A stretch of 64,000 bases of DNA from Pseudomonadota bacterium (GCA_038746545.1 JBCDKN010000011.1:19295-83294), one strand, 5' to 3'; shown: positions 1-10,885, counted from the stretch's first letter. The notes: a model not told the origin generated them from the sequence alone. Made by a program: numbers and translations.

Positions 1-17
1 AAGGTCGGCCATCACGC

Positions 18-1334
18 TCAAAAGCTGGGCCCCATCACCGCATCGGGCAGCCATGTGGCGATGCCCGGGAAGATACAGAGGATCAGGATCGCGATCACCA
101 TACAGGCCACGAAAGGCAGCGAGCCCATCAGGATGGTCTTGAGCTTGATATCCGGCGCGATGCCGTTGATCACATAGAGGTTCAGCCCCACGGGCGGCGA
201 GATCAGCCCGATCTCCATATTGATCGTCAGGATCACCGCAAACCAGATCGGGTCGAACCCAGCCGTGGTGATGATTGGCAGGAGGACCGGCGCGGTCATC
301 AGGATCACCGCCACGGGCGGCAGGAAGAAGCCTGCGACCAGAAGGAAGACGTTGATCGCCCCCATCAGCACCCATCGGTTGACCTCCAGCGTGCCGATCC
401 ACTCGGCAATGGCCTGGGTGATGAAGAGGCTCGAGAGCATGTAGGAAAAGACGCCCGCCGCCGCGATGATGAAGAGGATCATCACGCTTTCCTTGGTGCT
501 GTCACGCAGCACCGTCCAGAGGGCCGAAGGCGCCCACAGCTTGTAGATGATCATCGCGATCAGCAGGCACAACAGTGCCCCCACCGCCGCCGTCTCGGAG
601 GGTGTCGCGATGCCGCCATACATCGCGTAGAGCACCCCGATGATGATCCCGATGAAGGGCAGGACGCGCGGCAGGATCTCCAGCTTTTCCTTCCAGCTAT
701 AGACCGTGCGGGACATCACCGCCGTGTTCCCGGATTTCCACGTGGAATAGAGCGACCAGGCCATGAAGAGCCCGACCAGCAAGAGCCCCGGGAAGACCCC
801 AGCGAGGAAGAGGCGACCAATCGAGGTCTCGGTCGCGATACCGTAGACGATCATCGTGACCGAGGGCGGGATCAGGATGCCCAGCGTGCCCCCGGCGGCG
901 ATGGAGCCTGCGGCGACGCCGTCCGGGTAGCCGCGCTTGCGCATCTCGGGGATGCCCATCTTGCCGATGGCAGCACAGGTGGCCGGGCTCGACCCGGACA
1001 TGGCCGCAAAAAGCGCGCAGGCGCCGAGGTTGGAAATCACGAGCCCCCCGGGCACCCGGGTCAGCCAACGCTCCAGTGCTTCATAGAGGTCCGCGCCCGC
1101 CCGGGTCGAGGCGATGGACGCCCCCATGATGATGAACATCGGGATCGAGAGCAGGGCGAAATTGTCGAGCTTGCCGAAGAAAATTTCGGGCATCAGCTCC
1201 AGCGAGCGCATCCCGTCGAAGACAATCAGGAACCCAGCGGAGACGATCAACAACCCGATGGCCACAGAGACGCCGGAAAAGAGCACAATGATGGTGGCGA
1301 AGGCGACCAACGCGCCAAGCGTGAGCGGATCCAT
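18..1334 (-). CDS. dctM: TRAP transporter large permease (DctM family)
   Basis: 438 aa, highly hydrophobic; motifs SGSSPAT, GGTLGILIPPS, PPVGLNLYV; follows dctQ and dctP. Confidence 0.93.
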   Translation of the reverse strand: MDPLTLGALVAFATIIVLFSGVSVAIGLLIVSAGFLIVFDGMRSLELMPEIFFGKLDNFALLSIPMFIIMGASIASTRAGADLYEALERWLTRVPGGLVISNLGACALFAAMSGSSPATCAAIGKMGIPEMRKRGYPDGVAAGSIAAGGTLGILIPPSVTMIVYGIATETSIGRLFLAGVFPGLLLVGLFMAWSLYSTWKSGNTAVMSRTVYSWKEKLEILPRVLPFIGIIIGVLYAMYGGIATPSETAAVGALLCLLIAMIIYKLWAPSALWTVLRDSTKESVMILFIIAAAGVFSYMLSSLFITQAIAEWIGTLEVNRWVLMGAINVFLLVAGFFLPPVAVILMTAPVLLPIITTAGFDPIWFAVILTINMEIGLISPPVGLNLYVINGIAPDIKLKTILMGSLPFVACMVIAILILCIFPGIATWLPDAVMGPSF

Positions 1335-1885
1335 CAGCCCTTCTCCTCAAGTCCGAAAGGGGCGTCGATCCGCATGATCACGGCCACCAGATCCGCGATC
1401 AGTTGCAGCATCAAAAGGCCAAAGCCCAGTGGGATCGCGAGATAGGGGATCCACAGCTTCGGGCCCCAAACCGTGTCCGAGCGCCAGCCCCGGTCCCAGG
1501 CGAAATGCCAGTATTCGAACCCGTAAAACAGCATGATCCCGATGATCAGGATCGACATGCTCAGGGTAAAAATCGCCATGTTCCGGCGCAGACGCGGTCC
1601 CATCATCAGCGGGATCAGATCCACATTCACATGGCCGCGCAGGCGTTGGACATAAGGCAACCCGATCAGCGTGGCGGCCACCACAAGGTAGATCACCGCC
1701 TCGGTCTGCCACACGGTCGAACCGTTCAGGACGAAACGGATGAAGATCATCTGGCAGGTCAGACCCACCGCGATGACGATCATCGATGCCGAGAGCCAAC
1801 CGGCGAGTGTCGAGAGAGCTGCCACAGCCTTCAGAAAGGGGTTGCCCCCCGTCCGGGCCACGGCAGCAGAGCTTTGCCCTGCCAT
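1334..1885 (-). CDS. dctQ: TRAP transporter small permease (DctQ family)
   Basis: 183 aa, 4 TM segments, GHVNVD motif; 1-nt overlap with dctM. Confidence 0.9.
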   Translation of the reverse strand: MAGQSSAAVARTGGNPFLKAVAALSTLAGWLSASMIVIAVGLTCQMIFIRFVLNGSTVWQTEAVIYLVVAATLIGLPYVQRLRGHVNVDLIPLMMGPRLRRNMAIFTLSMSILIIGIMLFYGFEYWHFAWDRGWRSDTVWGPKLWIPYLAIPLGFGLLMLQLIADLVAVIMRIDAPFGLEEKG

Positions 1886-1960
1886 GGACTGACCTCAGTT
1901 CTTGGAATTCCGGGGAAAGGGAGCGGCGACGGGCGCCGCCCCGGTCGTTTCAGAGGCGGA

Positions 1961-2944
1961 TCACTCGACCGCGAGCGCCAGATCCAGCAGAGCCTGGCCG
2001 TCCGGCGTGTCCTCGACGAACTTGGCGTAGGAGGTTTCCTGCGCCAGCGCGCGCCAGGCGTCAAAGTCGGCCTGGCTCATGGAGGCGATCTCAACCCCGG
2101 CCTTCTCGAACACTTCGGCGGAGGCCGCGTCCTGCTTCTTTGCCTCTTCGAGATAGTAAGCCTCGGCCTTCGTCGCGCCCGCCATCAGAGCTGCCTGCTG
2201 CGCCTCGTTCAGCCCGTCAAAGGTGGATTTGTTCATCAGAAGCGGCTGATACATGAACCACAACGCGAAGTCCGACGCGGGCGTATAGCAGGCCACTTGC
2301 TCATAGATCCGGTAGGAGACAAATGAGCTCGACGAGGTGTTCGCAGCATTCAGAACGCCGGTCTGCATGGCGTTGTAGATCTCAGAGCTTGCCATGGAGG
2401 CGATAGAGGCCCCGGCGCCCGCGAGCATCTGCTCAAACGCCTTGCCCGCCGCGCGGGTCTGCATGCCCTGCACATCGCCGGGCGCGGTGATGCACTTGTC
2501 CTTGCCGACAAAGCCCCCCGCCAGATAACCATGGACCAGCACCATCACGTCATCATCGGCCATCTTGGCTTCGATGGCCTCCATGAACGCGCTCTCGTTA
2601 AGGCGCGCGGCATGATCATGGTTCTTCACCAGCCCCGGCATGAGAGTCAGGTTGAATGCCGGCTGCTGCCCGCCCGCATAGCTGAGCGGGAAGACGGTCA
2701 TGTCGAGCTGCCCGCGCGACAGGGGCTTGTACTGCTCCCGCGCTTTGAAGAGTGATTGAGAGCCGAAAATCTTGATGTCGAGATCAACATCCGCGGCGGC
2801 CACTTCGTCGGCCACGATCTGCGCGACCTGATGACGGATGTCCTTGTTGGACCACTGGTGCGACAGGCGCAGCTCGGTCGCGCCCGCTGTGGTGGCCAAT
2901 CCCAGAGCCGTTGCCGCAACCGCGGCCAGCAAAGATGATTTCAT
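1961..2944 (-). CDS. dctP: TRAP substrate-binding protein (DctP family)
   Basis: Signal peptide; LSRGQLDM, EIYNAMQTG motifs; upstream AAGGGAGGA RBS. Confidence 0.92.
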   Translation of the reverse strand: MKSSLLAAVAATALGLATTAGATELRLSHQWSNKDIRHQVAQIVADEVAAADVDLDIKIFGSQSLFKAREQYKPLSRGQLDMTVFPLSYAGGQQPAFNLTLMPGLVKNHDHAARLNESAFMEAIEAKMADDDVMVLVHGYLAGGFVGKDKCITAPGDVQGMQTRAAGKAFEQMLAGAGASIASMASSEIYNAMQTGVLNAANTSSSSFVSYRIYEQVACYTPASDFALWFMYQPLLMNKSTFDGLNEAQQAALMAGATKAEAYYLEEAKKQDAASAEVFEKAGVEIASMSQADFDAWRALAQETSYAKFVEDTPDGQALLDLALAVE

Positions 2945-2995
2945 GTCGTTTCCTCCCTTATCCGCGCCACATCTCGCTCGGGCGCGCTGGCTCTA

Positions 2996-3039
2996 AGCTT
3001 AGGGAGGCACGGCCATCTGTCAATCATATTGTATACAAT
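2996..3039 (-). promoter_or_regulatory. Putative dctP sigma70 promoter with adjacent GntR/FadR-type operator
   Basis: Minus-strand TTGACA (3023-3018), 16-nt spacer, TAAGCT; perfect palindrome ATTGTATACAAT at 3028-3039 between dctP and the divergent GntR gene. Confidence 0.65.
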
Positions 3040-3084
3040 TTTTGCGCCATTGCATTCCATTCACGGGCGAGGCATCATGCCCGG

Positions 3085-3741
3085 ATGGAGACGCGCCGCG
3101 CCGATACCATCGCCCTCGAGCTGGAGAACATGATCCTCACCGGCGCTTTCGCCGATGGTGACCGGTTGAACGAGATCAAACTTGCGGCGCATTTCAACGT
3201 TTCCCGCACCCCGATTCGTGAAGCATTTCATCAACTTGGGACCGCTGGTCTGGTCGAACAAATCCCCCGTCGCGGGGTTTTTGTCCGCCATCCAGGGCCA
3301 ATGGAACTGGTCGCCCTGTTCGAATACATGGCCGAGCTTGAGGCCGCCTGTGGACGCCTCGCAGCACCACGGATCTCGGAGGCCGCGCTGGCCGAATTGC
3401 AAGCAGCAAATGCCACTTGTGCCGAGGCCGTGGCCGCCGGAGACAGCGATGGCTACTATGCCGAGAACGAGCGCTTTCACCGGATCATCTACGCGGAATG
3501 TGGCAATTCCTTTCTGCAAACCGACGTTGAACGCCTGCATAAGCGGCTCAAACCCTTTCGCCGGATGCAATTGCAACTGCGCGGGCGGCTGGCCCAGTCC
3601 ATGGCGGAGCATGAACAGATCGTCGCCGCCCTGACCGCCGCGGACGGTGCTGCAGCTGCCGCAATTCTACGCGACCACGTGGCGGTTCAGGGCGAGAAAT
3701 TCCACCACCTTTTGGCCGGTCTGAAGCAAGTCGCCGAGTAA
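3085..3741 (+). CDS. GntR family (FCD domain) transcriptional regulator
   Basis: METRRADT start; wHTH LAAHFNVSRTPIREA; FCD motifs NERFH and SMAEH. Confidence 0.92.
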   Translation: METRRADTIALELENMILTGAFADGDRLNEIKLAAHFNVSRTPIREAFHQLGTAGLVEQIPRRGVFVRHPGPMELVALFEYMAELEAACGRLAAPRISEAALAELQAANATCAEAVAAGDSDGYYAENERFHRIIYAECGNSFLQTDVERLHKRLKPFRRMQLQLRGRLAQSMAEHEQIVAALTAADGAAAAAILRDHVAVQGEKFHHLLAGLKQVAE

Positions 3742-3853
3742 ACGCGCACTTTTCCACCAGCCCGATGTTTGAGATCAGCGACCTTTTGCGTTAAAGCTGC
3801 CCGTCGACCATCCCGCGGGTGGATTTCAGGACGAGTTTGTTAGGTACACAGGG

Positions 3854-4171
3854 ATGACAGAGATTTTCACAGATCGCATGATCGCGTCGGTGCTGGAGCG
3901 TGTGGCCACAGCAGAGCGCGTGGATTACGAGCTGGCCCGCGCTTTGGCCGAGGAGTTCCCGGAGGCCAGTGGCCTTGGTCTCGTGTTTGCGATCACCTCA
4001 GCGGCCAGCGGGCTGGAAGACATCTCGGGCGACGCGCGGGTCCCTGCGCTCTATCGCCTGGCGGCAATGATCGCGGCAGATCTCTTTGCCTTCGAGGCCC
4101 GCAATGCGCCCCTGCCGGATGGCGCGGCGCTCCGTGCCCTCTGGTTGTCGGAGCTGCCCGCTCAGGACTGA
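3854..4171 (+). CDS. Hypothetical protein (105 aa)
   Basis: ATG with AGGG upstream, host-like codon use, fills gap and converges on rpe. Confidence 0.6.
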   Translation: MTEIFTDRMIASVLERVATAERVDYELARALAEEFPEASGLGLVFAITSAASGLEDISGDARVPALYRLAAMIAADLFAFEARNAPLPDGAALRALWLSELPAQD

Positions 4172-4851
4172 GCTGCCTCCGCCGCTGCCCGGATGGCTGC
4201 GATATTTGCACCATAAGGGGCCGGATCCGCAACAGAGCCACCCTTGAACACGGCCGATCCGGCTACCAGCACATCTGCACCTGCCGCCGCCACGATTGGC
4301 GCGGTTTGGGGCGTCACGCCGCCGTCGATCTCGATGTGGATCGGGCGATCTCCAATCATTGCGCGAAGATCCCGGATCTTGGCGCTCAGATCGATGAATT
4401 TCTGCCCGCCAAAGCCGGGGTTGACGGTCATCACGCAGACCAGATCCACCATATCCAGCAGATGCGCCACATCCCCAAGCCCCGTCCCTGGGTTCAGCGC
4501 GAGCCCCGCCTTGGCCCCAGCCCCACGGATCGCCTGCAGCGTACGATGGATGTGAGGCCCGGCTTCCAGATGGGCGGTGATCACATCCGCGCCGGACTGG
4601 GCAAAGGCCTCGATATAGGGATCCACCGGCGCGATCATCAAGTGGACATCCATCACCCCCTTGATGTGGGGCCGGATCGCCGCACAGGTCGCGGGGCCAA
4701 AGGTGATATTCGGCACGAAATGCCCATCCATCACGTCCACATGCACCCAATCCGCGCTCTGGGCTTCCACTGCAGCGCATTCCGCGCCGAAATTGGCGAA
4801 ATCGGCGGCCAGGATGGACGGGGCGATCTTGATGGAACGGTCAAAAGCCAT
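4162..4851 (-). CDS. rpe: Ribulose-phosphate 3-epimerase
   Basis: IAPSIL, HVDVMDGHFVPN, MTVNPGFGGQ, IEIDGG motifs. Confidence 0.97.
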   Translation of the reverse strand: MAFDRSIKIAPSILAADFANFGAECAAVEAQSADWVHVDVMDGHFVPNITFGPATCAAIRPHIKGVMDVHLMIAPVDPYIEAFAQSGADVITAHLEAGPHIHRTLQAIRGAGAKAGLALNPGTGLGDVAHLLDMVDLVCVMTVNPGFGGQKFIDLSAKIRDLRAMIGDRPIHIEIDGGVTPQTAPIVAAAGADVLVAGSAVFKGGSVADPAPYGANIAAIRAAAEAAQS

Positions 4852-4912
4852 GTGCGGTCTCCTTTGCGCGCTCCTTAACTTGGCAAAGGCCGGGGATCAA
4901 TGAACCGCGCCC

Positions 4913-4975
4913 CCTCATTGTTCCGGAAATACTCCGGGGGGCGGCCCGGAACGGGCCGTGGGGGCAGAGCCCCCT
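4913..4975 (+). repeat. Intergenic repeat, copy A
   Basis: TCATTGTTCCGGAAATACTC core, hairpin CGGCCCG-GAA-CGGGCCG, then GGGGGC-AGA-GCCCCC. Confidence 0.7.
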
Positions 4976-4987
4976 GCATACCGCGCC

Positions 4988-7900
4988 TCATGCCCCTGCA
5001 GGCACGACCCGAAGCGATACGATTTCATAGGGTGTCAGATCCACGGTCGCCACCCGGTCCCGCAACGGCACGGGCCCAAGATCCGCCTCGAGGATGGTAA
5101 CCTTGCGCACCTCGGAAACCTCGAAGCCAAACCGCAGATCCACCGGCCCGCGGGTCCGCTCATTCTCAAAGATCCGCACGATATAGCCGCGCCCATCCTC
5201 GGCCTGCTTGACTGTCTCGACCACGGTCGAGAAGCCCGACACGCCCACCATCTGCACCAGCGGCGCGGCCCCCTGCCCGCCTGCGACCGGACGGCATAGG
5301 ACTGGATTGTTGAGCACATAACCACTCTCGGTCACATCCGAGCGCCAGTTTCCCTCATGGGGCAAGAGCGCATAGGTCATCTCGTGAAGGCCCTGATCCT
5401 GCTCCGGATCCGGCATGGTCGCGGACTTCAACAAGCTGAGCCGCATGACATTGTCGCGGATATCATAGCCGTACTTGCAATCATTGAGCAGGGCGACGCC
5501 GTAATTCCCCTCGCTCAGATCCGCCCATTTATGCCCCACGCTCTCGAACCGCGCCCAATCCCAGCTGGTGTTGGAATGGGTGGTCCGCTCGGTGTTGCCG
5601 AACTGGATGTCATAGGTCGCGCGCGGGCTGAAGATCGCCACAGGGAAGGCGCATTTCAGCAGGATGTGGGAGGCTTGCCAGTCCACCTCTGTCTTGAACT
5701 CGATCCGTTTGGAGTTGTGATGAAGACAGATCCTCTGGGTGATAGTGGAGCCGCGCCAGCGATGCTCGACCTCAAGGCTCGCGCGGAGCGGCCCGCGCTC
5801 GGTGATCTCGAAGCGGACTGGCGCGTCGATGACCTCGCAGCGATCCTCGTAAAAAATGTCAATGTCCCAGGCATCCCAGACCATGGGCCGGTCCTCGAAG
5901 GCCAGAAGCTGATTGCCAACGGCATCTTCGGCCAGCACTTCCCGCAGGGCGGTCTTGTCGAAAATCGAGACAAGCTGTCCGTTCGGGGCCACATGCATCC
6001 GGATCAGATCATTCTCAAGCACTGCGCCATCGGGGAACTCAGTAATCCTGAGGGAGGTGGACTCCGGAGCCTCCTCCGATCGGCCAAGCCCGAGCGCCGC
6101 GTAGCCCGGCAGAGCCGGCAGGTCGATCAGCGTGCCACCTTCCACGCCTTGGGTCCGCAAAACACGGCCCGAGCGCAGATCTGCAAGCCCCGAGACCGTC
6201 GTCCCGATCCAGCCGATGCGGTCCACGGAGAACCCTGTCGGGTTCACGGCCATGACCTCTGCTTCTGCGGGCATTTGCGGACCAAGCGCCGTCAATGCGG
6301 CCTCCCGCAGGGCGGTACCCGTCTCCATGACGGCGGCATAGTCCCGTTCCGCATCCGCGAAAACCTCGGTGATCGAGGTCCCCGGCAGAATATCGTGGAA
6401 TTGGTTGAGCAGCACGAGCTTCCACGCCTCTTCCAGCGCAGCGGCCGGGTACTCCGCCCCCGTGGTCAACCCGGCCAGGCTCGCCAGAAACTCCACATCA
6501 TGGAGCAAGATCTCGGCCTTACGGTTGGCCCGCTTGATCCGCGCCTGGCTCGTCAGGGTGCCGCGATGGAGCTCCAGATAGAACTCCCCGGACCATGTTG
6601 GCAGGTCATGGGCAATCTCGGCCTCCACCCGCTCGAAGAAGTCGCGCACCTTGCCCATCCGCACCCGCGGCGTCCCGGGCAGCGCGTCATAGGCCCGCGC
6701 CGCATCGATCAGCTCCCGCGTCGGACCGCCGCCGCCATCGCCATAGCCGAAACAGGTGATCAGCTCCTGATGGAGGTGTTTTTGACGGAAGTTCTCCCAC
6801 GTGCCGAAGACTTCGCGCGCGGTCATCTCCGCCTTATAGGTCGTGGGATGGGGCAGGTATTGCACCGTTGAGGGCGTCGTCAGGAAATGGCTCAGCACGC
6901 GGGAGCCGTCGATCCCCTCCCACCAGAAGAGCTGGTTCGGCATCTGATTATACTGGTTCCAGTTCAGCTTGTTGGCCACGAACCACTTCATCCCGGCCTG
7001 CTTCATCAGCTGCGGCAGGGCGGCGGTGAAGCCGAACGTATCGGGCAGCCAGAGCACGGGCGTCTCCGCCCCCTCGCCGAACTGTTCCTCGTAGTAACGC
7101 CGCCCGTACATCAGTTGCCGCACAAGGCTCTCGCCCCCTGCCAGATTGCAATCGGGCTCGACCCACATGCCCCCCATCGGCTCCCACCGACCCTCGGCCA
7201 CCCGCGACTTGATGCCCTCGAAGACCTGGGGATAGTCCTCGGCGGTCATCTCGTAGAGCACCGGCTGGGACTGGCTGAAATGGTAGTCCGGATATTCCTC
7301 CATCAGGGCCAGCACATTGGAGAAACTGCGCCCGCATTTGCGCCGGGTCTGGTCCACCTGCCAGAGATAGGCAATGTCGATATGGGCGTGACCGATGGCG
7401 AGGATGTCGACTTCCATTTCGCCGCGATACCCGGCGAGCGTGTCGCGAAACACCGCAAGAGCGCCAGGCACGCTATCGTAGAAGGCGTCCGAGCGGATCG
7501 GATCGCGCGTGTCGAGATCCTTGAAGCAGAGATCCAGCGCCCGCAGGATCCGGCCCCGTGCGGTGTTGCCCTCCTCCATATGCCCCGCCACGTCGAGGGC
7601 GCGGGTGACGAGCGCCACAAGCTCCCGCGCGGGCGTGTCGATCTCGACCACGGCGCAGGGCTTCATGAAGAGCTTCTGCTTGGAATTGCGATCCGGGGGC
7701 CAACCGCTCAGCCCCGTCCAGCCATGGAGCGCGAGCGTGTGCCGCGCCCCGTCGCAGAGCTCCGGGTCCAGATAAATCTCGTGGTGCTGCCGATCCGCCG
7801 AGGCGCAGCTCACCCCATCGATATAGGCGAGCCCCTCCGGGTGGCAGAAGATATCCCCCGCAACCCCTAGAGGCAGATGCAGCGCCACAGGGCCATGGGC

Positions 7901-8155
7901 GCCAAACCCTTCGGGCACCGTAAAGTCCGAGCGCAGGACGAAATCCTGGCTCCAATCGCCCCAATAACTGTCAAAGGGGATCTCATCCCAGCCGGAGGCG
8001 TCCACCTCCGCACCCACCGGCGCCTCGGCCAAGGGGCCGGGCAGCGGCAAATAGCGAAAGGGCGGAATCAGGGAGGCGCGGCGATGGACCAGCGGCGTGA
8101 TCAGCGGCAAACGGCTGAGGATCTTTTGCTCGGTCCAGAAAATCTGGTGCTTCAT
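4988..8155 (-). CDS. Alpha-mannosidase, glycoside hydrolase family 38 (no signal peptide, cytoplasmic)
   Basis: 1055 aa; HAHID metal motif, WLPDTFG nucleophile motif, GYGDGGGGPT, ELHRGT, NQFHDILPGT. Confidence 0.95.
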   Translation of the reverse strand: MKHQIFWTEQKILSRLPLITPLVHRRASLIPPFRYLPLPGPLAEAPVGAEVDASGWDEIPFDSYWGDWSQDFVLRSDFTVPEGFGAHGPVALHLPLGVAGDIFCHPEGLAYIDGVSCASADRQHHEIYLDPELCDGARHTLALHGWTGLSGWPPDRNSKQKLFMKPCAVVEIDTPARELVALVTRALDVAGHMEEGNTARGRILRALDLCFKDLDTRDPIRSDAFYDSVPGALAVFRDTLAGYRGEMEVDILAIGHAHIDIAYLWQVDQTRRKCGRSFSNVLALMEEYPDYHFSQSQPVLYEMTAEDYPQVFEGIKSRVAEGRWEPMGGMWVEPDCNLAGGESLVRQLMYGRRYYEEQFGEGAETPVLWLPDTFGFTAALPQLMKQAGMKWFVANKLNWNQYNQMPNQLFWWEGIDGSRVLSHFLTTPSTVQYLPHPTTYKAEMTAREVFGTWENFRQKHLHQELITCFGYGDGGGGPTRELIDAARAYDALPGTPRVRMGKVRDFFERVEAEIAHDLPTWSGEFYLELHRGTLTSQARIKRANRKAEILLHDVEFLASLAGLTTGAEYPAAALEEAWKLVLLNQFHDILPGTSITEVFADAERDYAAVMETGTALREAALTALGPQMPAEAEVMAVNPTGFSVDRIGWIGTTVSGLADLRSGRVLRTQGVEGGTLIDLPALPGYAALGLGRSEEAPESTSLRITEFPDGAVLENDLIRMHVAPNGQLVSIFDKTALREVLAEDAVGNQLLAFEDRPMVWDAWDIDIFYEDRCEVIDAPVRFEITERGPLRASLEVEHRWRGSTITQRICLHHNSKRIEFKTEVDWQASHILLKCAFPVAIFSPRATYDIQFGNTERTTHSNTSWDWARFESVGHKWADLSEGNYGVALLNDCKYGYDIRDNVMRLSLLKSATMPDPEQDQGLHEMTYALLPHEGNWRSDVTESGYVLNNPVLCRPVAGGQGAAPLVQMVGVSGFSTVVETVKQAEDGRGYIVRIFENERTRGPVDLRFGFEVSEVRKVTILEADLGPVPLRDRVATVDLTPYEIVSLRVVPAGA

Positions 8156-8218
8156 GGGCTCCTGTCATGCCTTTCGGTCCCGGCCCCCTCAGGCCCTCCG
8201 CTCATAGCGCGGCGTGGG

Positions 8219-9943
8219 TTAAGAGAGAACAAATCCCGGCACCTCGCCGCGGATCACCGTCTCGGTGGAGCGGGCGATCTCGGCCAGACGGGCCGCATCC
8301 TCCGCCTCATCCGCATGGCCCCAGTCGCGCCCGAGATCCGGCCATGGGATCGCCTCGATCAGCATCTGGGTATAGGGGTGCTGTGGGTCGCCAATCACCT
8401 GTTTCGGCGGCCCCGCCTCAACCACATGGCCATGGTAGAGGACCATGACGTAGTCGCTCACATGATAGGCCGTGGCGAGGTCGTGGGTGATATAGAGGAT
8501 CGAGATGCCGTACCGGTCCTTCAGGTCGTAGATGTTCTTGAGGATCGTCGCGCGCAGCGAGGCATCGACCATGGAGACCGGCTCGTCGGCGATGAGCAGC
8601 TTCGGCTCCAGCATCAGCGCGCGGGCCACGATAAGGCGTTGGCGCTGCCCCCCCGAGAGCTCATGGGGAAAGCGGCGCAGGATGAGCTGCCCATCGAGCC
8701 CCACCGCCTCGCAAGCCTCCAGCATTTTGGCGGCGACCTCCGCCTCGGATTGGGCGAGGCCGAAGCGCTTATAGGGAAACTTGAGCGCGTGATCGACCCG
8801 GTAGAACGGGTTGAAACAAGCATAGGGATCCTGGAACACTGCCTGCACCGATTTGCGGAATTCCAGCCGCTCTGCGGCGGAATGCTTCGCGATATCTTCG
8901 CCCTCAAAGAGGACCTGCCCCGCGCTCGGTGGATTGAAGCCCAGCATCAGACTGCCCATGGTGGACTTACCCGAGCCCGACTGCCCGACGATCGAGATGA
9001 TCTTGGGCTTCTCGCCATCGAGCGCAAAGCTCATCGGGTGTAGCGCGGTGACGTCTCCGTAGATTTTCGAGACGGCTTTGAACTCCAGAAGCGGCACGCC
9101 TTCCTTGCCGCGTTTGACCGGGGCCGCGCCCACCTCGTCGTCAAGAAAGCTTTCCCCGCCCACTAGAGGTACTGAGGAAATCAACTGCTTGGTATAGGGA
9201 TGCTCGGGCGCCTCGAGGATCTGCTGCACCGAGCCATGCTCGACCAGCACGCCGTCCTTCAGCACCGCGAGCTCATCCACGGATTGCGCCATCAGCCCCA
9301 TATCGTGCCCGATCAGGATCAGGCCCGAGCCGATCCGCGCCTGCACGTCCTTGAGCGTCTGCATCACATGGCGCTGGGTCACCACGTCGAGCGCCGAGGT
9401 CGGCTCGTCCGCGATGATCAGCTCGGGGTTCAGGGAGACGCCCAGCGCGATGCAGACCCGCTGCTTCATCCCGCCCGAAAGCTCATGCGGGTAGAGCCGT
9501 CCGGTCCGCGCGGGCAGGCCCACGCTTTCCAGGCAGGCGTCGGAGCGGCGTTTCAGCTCCGCCGCGTCGGTCTTGCCCTCATGGGCGATGATCCCGTCCC
9601 AGATCTGGTTCTCGATCCGCATGATCGGGTTGAGGGAGTTCATGGCCCCTTGGGGGATGTAGCTGACGCGGCTGAGGCGGGTCAGGCGCATCTCCTCCTC
9701 GCTGAGCGCGAGCATATCCGTCTCGCCCAGCTGGATCGCGCCGCTGGCCACGCGCCCCGAGCCGCCGAGCATGCGCATCACCGAGAGCGCCGTGGTGGTC
9801 TTACCCGAGCCACTCTCGCCGATGAACCCGACCCGGATGCCCGGGCGGATTTTCAGGGACAGTTTGGTGACCGCATGGACCACCCCGCGCGCGGTGGGGA
9901 AGTCGATGGAAAGGTCTGTGAGTTCGAGGACGTGCTTGGTCAT
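8219..9943 (-). CDS. ABC transporter ATP-binding protein, fused OppD/OppF-type double NBD
   Basis: Two Walker A (GESGSGKT, GQSGSGKS), two LSGG signatures, two Walker B (IIADEP, LIADEP). Confidence 0.95.
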   Translation of the reverse strand: MTKHVLELTDLSIDFPTARGVVHAVTKLSLKIRPGIRVGFIGESGSGKTTTALSVMRMLGGSGRVASGAIQLGETDMLALSEEEMRLTRLSRVSYIPQGAMNSLNPIMRIENQIWDGIIAHEGKTDAAELKRRSDACLESVGLPARTGRLYPHELSGGMKQRVCIALGVSLNPELIIADEPTSALDVVTQRHVMQTLKDVQARIGSGLILIGHDMGLMAQSVDELAVLKDGVLVEHGSVQQILEAPEHPYTKQLISSVPLVGGESFLDDEVGAAPVKRGKEGVPLLEFKAVSKIYGDVTALHPMSFALDGEKPKIISIVGQSGSGKSTMGSLMLGFNPPSAGQVLFEGEDIAKHSAAERLEFRKSVQAVFQDPYACFNPFYRVDHALKFPYKRFGLAQSEAEVAAKMLEACEAVGLDGQLILRRFPHELSGGQRQRLIVARALMLEPKLLIADEPVSMVDASLRATILKNIYDLKDRYGISILYITHDLATAYHVSDYVMVLYHGHVVEAGPPKQVIGDPQHPYTQMLIEAIPWPDLGRDWGHADEAEDAARLAEIARSTETVIRGEVPGFVLS

Positions 9944-9952
9944 CGGCTGGCC

Positions 9953-10885
9953 TCAGATCTTGCGCAGGCGCGGATTGGAGACCTCATCGAGGCCGAGATT
10001 GATCAGCAGGAGCGCGATGAACATCGTCGCCAGCAGCATCGTGGGCAGGCCCCACCACCACCAGAGGTTCTGGATCAGCGCACCGGAATTGATCGCGTCA
10101 TAGATCACCCGGCCCAGGGTCGGGATCCGCTGCGGCCCCAGACCCAACACTTCGAGCCCAACGGCAGTGACAATGGCGGTGGTCACATTGGCGATGAAGG
10201 ACCCGAAAAGATAGGGGATCAGGTTCGGCAACATCTCCTTGAACATGATGTGGAAGGTCGAAGCCCCAGAGAGCTGCGCCATCTGCACATAGCCCGAGCG
10301 CTTCATGGACAGGACCTGCGCCCGGATGAGACGCGTGGGCGATTGCCACATGAACCCCGCGATCAGGAACGCCATCATCACGAGGCTCACATCTCCGAAG
10401 GCCGATTGGAACACCACGAGGATCAGGAGCGGCGGGATCGTGATCATCACGTCCGAGAGCACGCGGATGGTGTCATCGACACGGCCCCCGACGAACCCGG
10501 CGGAGAAGCCGAGGAAGATCCCGAGGCTCATCCCGATGATCGAGGCAATCGCTCCGATCATCAGGGTGTTGGGTGTGCCGATGATCAGCATCGCCAGCAT
10601 GTCGCGCCCTGCCCCGTCGGTGCCGAGAGGGAACTCCGCGACCCCTTCCTGACGGCGCAGGTTCTCAAACCCGAGCGGCGGCAGTTTGAGCGGTGTGGAG
10701 CCGGTGAAGACCAGATCCGTATCCCAGACCATCCGCCCGATGATCCCACCGAGGATGATCACCAGCAAGATGCCAGCCCCCCAGAGGAGCTTGGGGTTGA
10801 ACCACGGATTGTCAAACCGGTTGAAGCGCGAGACCGGAGCGGCATTCGCCTCCCCCGTTTGCGGGTTGTCGGTAGTGTCCGTCAT
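9953..10885 (-). CDS. ABC transporter permease (OppC/DppC-like)
   Basis: PLGTDGAGRD motif, EAA-like loop, TM helices. Confidence 0.92.
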   Translation of the reverse strand: MTDTTDNPQTGEANAAPVSRFNRFDNPWFNPKLLWGAGILLVIILGGIIGRMVWDTDLVFTGSTPLKLPPLGFENLRRQEGVAEFPLGTDGAGRDMLAMLIIGTPNTLMIGAIASIIGMSLGIFLGFSAGFVGGRVDDTIRVLSDVMITIPPLLILVVFQSAFGDVSLVMMAFLIAGFMWQSPTRLIRAQVLSMKRSGYVQMAQLSGASTFHIMFKEMLPNLIPYLFGSFIANVTTAIVTAVGLEVLGLGPQRIPTLGRVIYDAINSGALIQNLWWWWGLPTMLLATMFIALLLINLGLDEVSNPRLRKI